A stretch of DNA of 64,000 nt from assembly GCF_022539665.2 (NCBI RefSeq), contig NC_081332.1, positions 4,588,001 to 4,652,000 on the forward strand. Reading direction: 5' to 3'. Under the pieces are notes generated by a model. It was not told the DNA's origin, searched no databases, and was given only the letters and a program-made list of their open reading frames with translations. How positions within the stretch are numbered: the stretch's first letter is position 1; each line of letters begins with the position of its first letter. This stretch comes from Daphnia carinata (taxonomy: Eukaryota). A program made the translations under genes and the position numbers. Below are positions 52,901-64,000 of this stretch, one piece after another.

Positions 52901-55900
52901 GTTTTTTTTTTCCTTCCCGACAACAAACAAATAAAAACAATATGCAAACAACAATCCTATTTTGTTCCGTTTCCCCTCCCCCCACCCCCTTTGAAATTCC
53001 TTAACAACAACAAAAATATGTCTTTCCTTTGACAGTCAATCGATTTATGACGTTTGTCCAATTCGATTTCTTTTCCCTTCTGTTTACATTTTTTTTATTT
53101 GAATATCTTTTGAAAAATGTTAGGCCATCGTGGGACGTGTCTCGTTGCGTGAGAAAAAAAAATATAATGTCTCGTCCACAAAATCTTGTCGTGGTATTTT
53201 CTTTTGATTCTACTTTTATGAAATAAAATTCAATCGACCTATCCCCCCCACCCCCAACAAAAAAAAACGACCAATGATGATAACTCGGCATGATTTTAAA
53301 AAGAGGGCGCCATTGCGGTCGGCGGGAGCATCTCCTCTCACTTTACATCTGATATTTCAAACCAACCTTCGTCTCTTTTTTTTTTTTTTTTTTTAACCTG
53401 TCTGTCTCTTTCTTTTTTTTCAAACTGTGGCGCCACCACAACACGTAAGGCCACACACGGAAGGAGGCCGAAAAAAAAATAAAATCGAAAGGCTCTTTTA
53501 TTTTTTGAATGTTTGTGTGTCAAGAATAAAAAAGACGGAGGGGGGGGGGTGTCCTTGAGGGTTACGGTGTGTGTGTCTGCGGTATTACACGTAAGGTAGT
53601 TTTCTTTCTGGCGGCGACCCTGATGGCGGAGGAAGGAGGTGCTGAAGATATACACTTCTTTTTTCGCCTATTTGCTAGTCTCCCCCTTCTTTCTTTTTAG
53701 AAATGTTTTTCCAAACGGATAATTTGGGGGCCCTGGGATTTATCGCTGCTGATTGATACCTTGAACTTCTTTTTTTTTTTTTTTTGACGAGGGGTGGACG
53801 ACGACGCCAAGACATCAAGACAGCAGACACATAACAACAGGAGAAAGAGTTGCCCTCACCTTTTTTCCCCCCTCTCTTCTACGTCCCTCATCTCCCGATT
53901 ATTACCGACACTTTGCTCTTTCATCTTCAACTTTTTTTTTTTTTTTTTTACGTCTAGTTTCTTTCTTTAAAAAAAAAAAATGCATATTATTTTTAGCCGG
54001 GAGTCGTTTTTTTTTGTTGTCTTTCCCTAGATGAAACCAATTTTTCTCTCTATAAAAAAAATATTTTTATTTTTTATTAGAGCGTGTATATTAATACAAA
54101 GGGAGGAGTCATCAGTTTTTATGGACTGGGCGCTCAATTGTTTCTCTGGAAAAAACCAAAATTCCAAAAAAAATAAAATAAAATAAAAAATGAAAATTTC
54201 ATGGGAAATAATGCCGTCTCGGTGGCTCAAGAGCAGACGCAATAATGCTGTATCCATTTCAGATTGCTGTGCGTGTGTCCTCAGTCAATCAACCTTTCCC
54301 CTCCACTCTTATCTCTATCGGCTTCTTGTGACTACTTCTCATCCATCCTGATTGCATTGCTGGCTTCACTGTCTCTGAATGGCAATCTTTTTCTTCGTGT
54401 TTTTTTTTTCTGTTTTCTTCTCCCCCCCCCCCCCACATTTTTTACGACAATGGATATTCGTTTTCCCCGCTAATAACATCGTGATTTTATGAGCTATAGT
54501 AGAGAGAGAGATACACAAAGATTCTCTCCAAAAAGGCAAATGGCTTTCTTTTTTTTTTTTTCTTTCTTATATAGCATTTATGCTCGCCTTAGTATAACGC
54601 TCATGACTAGTCGCCATGTCTCCGGAAAAAAAGACACTCTTTGAATATCGTCTTTATTTCTCCCATCGTTTGCATAACTGCGCAACGTGCGGGAAAAACC
54701 ACATGAACGGCGTCTTCAGTCCCGACGTCGCCATCTGTCGGGCGGCGCTTTCAACCCCCCCCCCCCCCTCTCCAAAAAACATTTGCTCTCGTTTCTATTT
54801 TATTTTACGCTTGATCGATTCGGCATTTGGCCCATATTTTAAGAGTCGTTCCAAAACCAATTGTTGGACGAAAAATAAAGAGAGATTTCCGAGAAATGAC
54901 ACAAAGGCGAACGAGGAATGAAGTGGGGACTCGAAAAAGCGTTTTCAAACTACGCCCGACTTGATCGAGAAGCAGCGGCGGCAAGAAAAGCTTCTCCGAA
55001 GGGCAAACATCGGTTAAGTGGTGTCATAAAGCCAAACGAGAAAAGAAGATAATTCGATAGAACCGACAACAACAACAACAAGAAAAAACCCCGACAAATA
55101 AAACATCAGGTTCGCGACTAGACCACTCGAAAAACGAGAAACACATCGTCATAACTATACAGTCGATAGGATGGATAGTCCCTCTCAACTTGTTGTGTCC
55201 CTTGCTTATAGAGAGGGGGGGGGCCTTTGGTTCCCTTCAAACCAATTAGAATGTCAACTCTGTATTTTCAACAAGAAACAGAAAGGGAGAAATAAGAGAG
55301 GTAGAGTGGAAACAGCCGCGGGTATATTAATAAGTTAAACGCATTTAGGAAAAAAAAAAAAAAAAAGAATGTTGAACGAAAAGGGGACCGTATTAGATGC
55401 ATGATGTCACGAGAAAACAAAAATAAAAAGAGCAGAGCGGCCATGTGTTGTTCATGCGAGCAACGTGGGAAACGCGTTCGTGAAACGACAGCCACCGGAG
55501 GGCCCTCCCGGTTCCTCAAGACAAAAATGACGTCACCAAAAAAAAAGCAGCAGGATGGAGTACTCCATTTTCTCTTTGGTTTATGCATATCTAAATAATC
55601 TATACAGAAGAGGAAGAAGAGGGGGGGGGGAGCAGGGTCAAAAGATCACCAAACTTCAGGATGGAGAACGAGACAAGTAACAAGTTTTGACTTGCACATG
55701 TGGGTGCAATCATCGTTTTTCTATTTACGTTCTATCTCTTTCTGGTATTCTTTAAAAAAAAAAATAAAATAAAGTGTGAAAAATTAGAGTTAATGAAGGA
55801 GGAAACAGTGTGACCTCCCCCCCCCCCCTAAAAAAAAATATCGATCGAATTTCCGACTAGTTCGTGACGACTTCTGACAGACGGACAGCGCAGCACTCGC

Positions 55901-56765
55901 TTATTATATTTTTGTGATAATAATACGACTCTTTTCTTTCTTTTTTATCGTTATAATAACTATAGGGGGAGAAAAAGAATGAAAGAGGGGGGGGGATTCT
56001 ATTCTTTGAGCCATCACTTTGCAACAATAGCGCCAAAGCGGCCCCCGTCCATCAGAAATAGGTTGAAATGTAATGCTATAAATACATCTTGTACACATAG
56101 CCCACGATGAAAAAAGACAGTTTGAAGCGGGTTAATATGAAACTTGAAAAGGAAGAAGAATGGCAATCAACGAAAAAAAAAAAATGAAACACCACCTTCC
56201 CAAAATATAAGAGAGGGGGTGAAGCTGGCCTCCCGCTGATCTTTTGATACCCTTCTACCTCCTCGATCGCTTTGCGATCATTGTGTGAAAAGAAAAAAAT
56301 ATATATATTTCAAAACCATAATAGAACCAATTCTTTTGCGGCATCAACCCCCCACCTCACTCAGAAAAAAAAAGCGCAACATTTTTTTCAGACGGACCAG
56401 AAAAGGAAATGATGAGTTATGTCCATATCTAAAACATATTTATTTTTAACCGCTTTTTTCCTTCGTTGTTCAATGTGTTCACTCACACAACCCCATCAGT
56501 TTCATCATCATCAAAGATCCCCTTCTTTTTTATCCGACGATCTGGTGAGCCCCCATCGTCGAGATGGATTGCGCCAGATGGGAATGAATTAAAATACCCG
56601 CAATGGATCTCAACTTTGTTTTTGTTTCATGTAGCTTTTAAGCCAAAGGAAAAAATACATTTATGACAAATCTTTTTTCCTCGACGAATAAACAACTCCA
56701 CGCTATTTGCACCAAGTCTCATGTTGTTCAACAAAACAAACGTCTAAAAACACTCGGAAAAGACT

Positions 56766-56789
56766 CTTCTTCTTCTTCTTCTTCTTCTT
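56766..56789. repeat. (CTT)8 microsatellite
   Basis: Directly visible. Confidence 0.95.
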
Positions 56790-57122
56790 TTTGCCATCAT
56801 CATTAACAGCGCAAACAAGATGGGACCCCATTGTTATAACGCACAAGATGTATGTGAGTACATCGGAGATGGAGGAGGAACTGGTCATACATAAAAATAA
56901 ACAAAACAAAACAAAAAATAACCGATACGAGTATATACTCGGAGAGCATCGTAGAGTCGGGATAGTTAACGACTTTCTCTTTATTTGTTATTGGCAATGG
57001 GTTGCGGACAAGAGCCGCAAGCCATTGCCTGTGTGGCCGGCATCTTTCCTTCGTTCGTTATGATTATTCCCTACTCCAGTGCATATGGTGGACGGGGGAA
57101 ACAAATCAAGAGGCTCTTTTGG

Positions 57123-57160
<38 letters not shown>

Positions 57161-60100
57161 CTGTGTGTGTTGCTTCCACCCCACCCCACTCTGCGACTGT
57201 GTTTCACTAACGAACCGGCCAAGCAGCTCGTTTGCCGACAAGTACAACATGTTACAAGTACCGTGAAAATAACCTCTAACCACACTCTTAGCCCAAACCA
57301 GAAAGACTGTCTGTCCCTTTTGCCATCAAGTGGACCGCCGTCCTCTCTTTAATGCCGCTCTGTTACAATTCTTTTTTTTTTCTAAATCAAAACATGACAG
57401 AGAACTTAACTGACAATCGAGGCATTTCTTTTTTTTACCATCAAAAATCCCTTCTTTTTTTTATTTCGAAAAGCCTTTTGATCGACAGCACCTTATGTGT
57501 GAGCTGTCTGTTATTATTTACATATCGAATCGCTTTTTCCTTAAGAAGAAAAAAAAAAACATTCCTATCGTCTCGGTTCCATCTTTGAATGATTTCCAAT
57601 AGGGGAGTGAAAACTTGCGCGACGTGAGACCTGACGTTTTTTTGTTCACACGCTGTTACACGACGCTAATCCACAGAGAGACATTTAAGAGCAACGGTGG
57701 CACACAAGTCACCGAGAAGAAAGATTACCCCAACCGTCGTAGAAGACAAGTCATCCGGATCACATCCGACATATGGAAGAAAAAAAAAAAGAGATCCACA
57801 TCGACATGGAGGATTAGAGGCAACTATAAATTGTGCGTCATATCATAACCCAACGAATGTTTTTAAAAAATTGGGGGTGATCCCTGACAGCAGACCGGAT
57901 ATTCGCATCACGAACGCTTTTTAAAAATTTATAATTTTTTTTTTTTTTTTTTTTAAATAACAAAAGGTGTGTGTGTAGATAAGATGCGGAGGAGACCAGT
58001 TGGAAGGCGTCAAAGCATCCCGACCCCCCGCCCGCGCTTTGCAATGCGGCCTTTTTTTTTTCAATAAAAATATTATTTTTTTCAGGGCGTCTAAATATCT
58101 TCCCCTCTTCAATTTTTGTTTAATACACGTTAGTAGAGATCCCCTCCATTTCGAGTCTGATATTATCTCTTTTTTTGATTTACGAGTTTTAGTGAGAAAG
58201 AGGGGGAGACATGGCCCATCAGCGAGGTGGAGTCAGCAGTTGGACGATGACCCCCCTGTACAACTCAGGTATATATACACACGGAATATACAAAAAAAAA
58301 AAAAAAAAAGGGTAGTTGGTCATAAAGTACATCAAAATCGATCCCCCCCCCCCTTAAGTTTGGATAGCTGTGGAGGTAAGCGTTAAAAAAAAAAAGGAGA
58401 TGGGGTTAGCACAGGTGTTGCGCCCAATCGCTGTCTGTCAGGGTGGACAATAACCTTTTTTTTTTCTATTTTTACCTGTTATTGTGAATGTGAAAAGGTC
58501 GGTTGCGTAACTCTAACTTTCGATTGAAAATAGTATTTAAAAAAAAAAAAGATAAATAAAGGGAGAGAGAATCGGACAAGGAAGAAGGAAATGTCTATAA
58601 ATAAGCCGATCCAGGTGGCGCGAAAATAAGCAAAAAAAAAAAAGGTATTTTAAAAGAAGGATGTTGTAACGTTTGAAACATTCTCGAGATATTATTGCAG
58701 TACAATATCCTTTTCGACTTCTTTTTTCCTCCATCGCCACAAATAATCCCTTCGTTCTTCTTCATTCCTTTTGTGAGGTGTATAACGCCTTATCTTCTTG
58801 ACCGAGGTTTAAAAAATATATATATATTTTTTTATCCTTCTTTTATCAGATAATATATAGATTTCTTTTTCCCTTTCGTTCCTTAGTTCTTTAAGGAGCC
58901 GTTTTTCCGCCTGTCAAAACCTTCCAGTCATTTATTTCACTCGAAGCTTCGGCAACAAAAACAGCATCATGAAATTTCAGTCTTTCTTTCCTTCATTCCC
59001 TTTTGGCTTTTACGATATGATTTACGTTTTTTTTTTTTTTTTTTTTACATCTTATCCCTTAACCGAATACAACGTGAACTTATCAAAAGTTCGTCTCGAT
59101 CGACCCTTAAAATGCGAGGTAACACGAGCGCCATCTAACAATGATTTCTTTCGCCAAATCAAAACAGCTGGCCGCAATTGATTTCAATCGACAAAGGTGT
59201 AACTTAAACCACCTCGAAAAAAAAAAGGACCTTTTGTAAATAGACTTTCACACTCGTGTATACACACACACACACACATAACGATGTATAGAACCTCCGC
59301 ATTGTTTTGCCAGCGCAACTTGAAGAAAAATGAAAAAAAATCTTTTCATTCCTCCTCGTGGTAGTAGCTGAGATCGATTCCACCCCCGCTGTGCAAAGAA
59401 GAAAAAATGCGGTGGGGTGATGCGATCGAATATCGGCAACGGTTAATACATAATCAACAGATAAATACCAACACCCTCCCCTACATCCCAACTCTAAATA
59501 AAAAAATAAAAAAAAGAGAGCCCCCGGTGTAACGGTTGAAAAGAATGTTCGGCATTTTGTTGGTTGGCACGAATCAAAAAATAGGAAACACACGGGAAAA
59601 AAAAATAAAAAATAAAAGAGGAAAGATGATGAATCGAGTCTGAGCTTTGATATGGCTGCACGCGGGAAACCGACACGGCAACATTTTTTTTCTTCTTGTT
59701 CTTGTCGGTGATTGACGTCTATTCGACACGGAAATCACACCGTTTTTTTTTTTGTTTTTTTTTTGTATTTCGGGGATTGCATTCTTGTTTCCATCTTCTC
59801 TTACAAACAAATTGCTGCACGTCACACAAGCGATGGCCATAGCCCTTTTTGAATAGGGAAAACAAGGCACAACCTTCGTTTTTTTCACGTGTTTTTTGTT
59901 GTGCCAATCGATCGATTTGCCGGCGAATGAAAAAGTGTTGTCGCGTGAAATGGGATGTCAAAGAGTGTTGCTTGTCCAGCACGCTAAACGGTCACAACAT
60001 TTTCACCTTTTTCTTTCCTTATTTCATTCAAGAGAGAAACGAATCGAAAACAAAACGATAGAAAAAGCCTTGGCTTTTCCATCGTGACACTGATGGAATA

Positions 60101-63100
60101 GGCAATGATGTGACATGAATGACGCTGACCTCACTCTGCCTTCTTTTTTAGATATTTTAGAAACCAAACACTCGGAGGACACACCAAAGCAACAGAGTTT
60201 CTTCCTTTCTTTAAAAAAAAAAAAAAAAAAAAAAAATCAGCATTTTAATGTTCCAACATGGAGGAAGCCAAAATATATAAAAAAAAAAAAAGCTCGTTCC
60301 AATATGGCAGTCATCCGTCTTCGGGGGTCTGCTTTACGAGAGTCTTTGACAGTTGCATCATTGGCATCATTACGCGTTACCATACTGTGGTGCATAACAA
60401 ATGCGCACAACCAAACCGGGGGAAATTTAAAATAAAACACTAGCGGCGCGCGCTTTTTAAAAAAATGAAAAAAATGAAAAAAAAAAAACGAATGGAACAA
60501 AAACGAAAAAATCGAGCGGAAGTAGGAACCTCCCCAATGAAGAAGACCTTCTTATTAAATAATAAATAATGATTAAAGCGAAACGTGAAAATAAAGAGGG
60601 TGGGAGAAGACATATCCAATGTCGCCAGAACCTTGGAAAAAAAAATATATAAAGAACAACTGGAAAAAAATAATAATAAAAAAATCCGATGAGCCGCCGC
60701 TCATTTTCTCACAGACACACACACAACGTTAAGACAGGATATACCCTTTGAAAGACTTCACCCCTCACAGAGTTTTGGTTCAATCATCGTTGATGATTTC
60801 AAGCGCATATAGGAGGCATGAAAAACTGTGGAACCTCCACACACACACACACATACACAAAAAGGAAAGGGGCAGATTCAGCAGTTACACACACGCATAT
60901 CTATCCTCCTTGTAAAAAAAAACAAAACAAACTAAAGTTTAGATATTATACACAGAGACGGGAAGAGAAGGGTCTAGCAGCACACTCTCCATCATGAGGC
61001 AGCAGTTCACCGTTACGCCAATGGCCGTACGATCAAATGAGCCCTGGAACTTGTACACACACACAACAGTTCCAGTACGCCTTTTTTTTTTTTTTTTTTT
61101 TTTTTTTTACTACTCATATATAGACCTCGCGAGTTATGGCTGTTGTTTGCTTGCACAGGAAGTCGTTCATAATACACCATTTTTTTGTTTCTTCCATTTC
61201 TAGTGGAGCGCATCTCTCCATCACTTTTTTGACGCGTCACCTCATTTTGCGCCGGGAGGATATTATATCGTCAGAGAGAGAGAGGGGGGAATGGTTAGTA
61301 GCGGTAACCGACACAATTCAAAAAAAAGAAAAAGAAAAAGAAAAAAAGAGAAAGAAACTTAAGACTTCCTCTATTTATATCATCACGCTATGTGCATTTG
61401 GTGATGAATCAAACGTGATGATCAACCGCGCCATTTTCTTTTCGTTTTGTTTTTAAGTTGTTTTTTTTTTTTGTTTCTTTCTAATTATCACGCAAAGGTT
61501 AATGATTCGTTTTCAGGACTGGAAAAATCGTGATTGGACGATGCTGTTAGCGTGTCCCGACCTATTAAATGACGATCCGCCACGCCCAATTTTCGATTTG
61601 TACCGACGGAAATACGTTCGATTCTTCCACCCTCTTGCATTATCTTTTTAATATCAAATAATAATAATAATAAAAAGGGAGTATAGTGGCATTTCGGCAC
61701 GGACGCTCTCATTTGAAAAAGAAATAAAAAAATAAAAAACAGACGGAAATCCTTAACGATTTTTCGTTATCCGATTATAGAAAAATGAATGTATAGATGC
61801 AAACAAGAGACTCGAAACAGTAACATAACTGAAACAACATCACGCCTCGACAGACGATACCGAACGCCGGAATGAACGCGGTAAAGTTGAGTACATGGCA
61901 AAAACGATCTGAACGAGCCCAAGAGCAAATGAAAATTCATATTTACATTGCGGCACTGCAATTGTCGACTTTGCGTGAAGGGAAATCAACGAAAATCCAA
62001 TACATTTCGACCGTACCCTGGCAGCAGTTATTTCTCTACTATTTCAGCCCGTTCAACACGGCAATGTAGCGAAACCTAAAGTTTTGGCCCTTTGTATACA
62101 CACATACATACACACGTCCGTTCAGTCGACGCAATAATGTCGAGTGGGATTCGACGAAATGCGAAAATAGATAAGACACGGAACACATATATAAATAGAA
62201 CATTGAAACGCATATAGTTTACGGTGCCATTAGTTGAGCAAATACTCGGCGGCGCCCAGCCAATGCCGCCTCAATCACGCCCGTCATTATCCAAATTGAA
62301 TAGTGAGTGGACCCCGAGTATAGTAACGGGCGCACCTGGCCTCTTTACCCCCCCCCCCCCACAAACCAACACACACATACACACACATGACACACAAAAC
62401 TCAGTTCTCGCTCATTCCTCGTGGTTAAACGCACGCAAACCTTTGGAAACGCAAGTTAGTAGACGACGAAATGTGGCCAGGCAAATATATGTATAGAAGC
62501 AAATTCAACTCCGATACATGTATACAAACGAATCGAGAGTTATACCCCCACAAAATAGTGGGAGGTACAAATGCGAGCACAGCCGGCCGGAATAAATCCC
62601 CTAAAAACTTGCGAGGATAACGGCAGCTACGAAACACATTTTTCGCGTTTAAAAATAAAATTAAAATACAAAAATTAAAGGCGGCTGTGCTGTGCTCACA
62701 AGTTGTTTTTGAAAAGCCCTACCGTCTTTTTGTACCAAAAAAAAAAAAAAAATGTATAGACCATAGCTCCTTGGAAAAGAAGAGAACCCGAAAATTGTGT
62801 TCACGGCCGTGTTCCCTTGTGATGCGGCAGTTTTCGGTGCCCGTGTCTGTATATAATTAGCCGGTCGTAAAAATGGGAACAAACAGGAGAAAGAGAGAAC
62901 TCTCTCTCTCTCTCTCTCTCTCTGTACTCCTTTGCCCTCCCACATATCTTTGATGATTACCCCACAATTATCGTCAGCGATCTATATGCAGATGATGGCA
63001 GCACGCGCTATGCCAGCAAAAACGCAGTAGTCCGCGCAGGGGGAAAAGCGATAACTTCGGATCCCAAAAGCGATCGGAAGATATGGACAACTCTTTTACG

Positions 63101-64000
63101 GTAATTCACGTTTCGTCTTCGACAGAAAAAAAAAACAAGACACCGACAAGCAGAGAGAACGGGCAGCCATATCGAGCGCTAAGCTAATGAGCCTGTCTTG
63201 CTCATCTTCGGCCCTCGTATGATAAACAAGATTTTTTTTAACAACTCTCTTTGCATTTTCTCTTTCTGATATTCGGAGAAAATGAAAAGAAAAAAAAAAG
63301 AAAAAAAAAGAAAATTTCCCGAGTTATTGCCCGAAATGAAGAAGGCGGGTTCATAGTTTTCCAGTTGTTCCAGACGAACGCGGAAGCTCTCTGTGATACT
63401 TATTCCGAAAGAGAGTTAAAGATGAGGCTCGAAACTGATACGCTAAATAACAATAATCATGCGCCCCCCCCCCCTCCGTTCGAAAAATGGAACAACAGCA
63501 GAAGCTCAGAAACGTCAATGATTTACGACTGGAACAAAGGAGAAACAACGTTGCCCTGTTCTCGTTCAAACGCTTCAAAATAAAAACGGTGGAGGTAAGA
63601 GAGATGGACCAAAAACAACTTTCTATCTTGCTTTCCTCGTTGTTGCCACTTTGATCGGCTCAAAATAGCACTCGTAGTTTTTGTTTCTATTTTTTTTTTT
63701 TTTTTTTTAAGGTGTTGGCAGTCGATCCATCTCTTCCTTTTTCTTTTAACTTTCATCTCTTTTTGTTCGTCTCCACGTGCCCACACACCATGGCGCCGAA
63801 TGCAAATCGAAATCTTCTTCGTATTTTTTTTTCTTTTTTCGACTGCACTTGGAGAGTGATCGAAACGGCCCCGATGAGGTCAAGAAGAAAGAAATTGCTT
63901 ACGCCATCGATTATACATCAACAGATAGAACGAGCCATGAAGATTTGAAAAAAAAAAAAGCGATTCAACGGCGATGATGTCATTGGCCAACACGAGATTT

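Noticed and set aside
55226..55245. miR-133-like TTGGTTCCCTTCAAACCA
   Set aside because: It has a seed mismatch and divergent 3' end, and no complementary arm.
93..63977. Several hundred 60-218 aa ORFs in the supplied track
   Set aside because: They are dominated by poly-K/F, poly-ER/SL and HT/CV tracts translated from homopolymers and microsatellites, often with non-ATG starts. I saw no recognisable domain apart from the exon inside 5024..5680.

Overview
This is eukaryotic (metazoan) genomic DNA, about 99% non-coding. It is A/T-rich, full of homopolymer runs and microsatellites, and shows no obvious CpG depletion. The style suggests an invertebrate, plausibly a Daphnia-like branchiopod crustacean (inference only). 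The only convincing coding sequence is five small minus-strand internal exons: 38498-38635, 13758-13825, 5404-5536, 4567-4633 and 3830-3878. They have canonical AG/GT ends and compatible phases, and splice into one 455-nt open frame: (D)PVPLLEMTNGLQAKAARMQDVDLEVKQLRETLAEYNEEFRQVRNQEVTIKQLKEKVRQAEESLELIVQARLAEHEDGLRSQFEERERELVDLNQLTARRLAEAESKLAAQQATVTELQSELFDAKAGAEVISHAKLDEIEILMQDLDRSNQ. This is recognisably the N-terminal coiled coil shared by the Cut/CUX1 homeodomain factor and the golgin CASP. The whole window lies inside this gene, with introns of 688, 770, 8,221 and 24,672 nt and at least 25 kb more upstream. Nearly all ORFs in the supplied track are low-complexity artefacts. I found no prokaryotic-type system, CRISPR array, tRNA/rRNA or intact transposon. 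The best leads are intronic: candidate recursive-splicing sites, a dense Pho/YY1 plus Cut-site cluster (a possible Polycomb or autoregulatory element), two RFX X-boxes, and a possible nested antisense spliced transcript.
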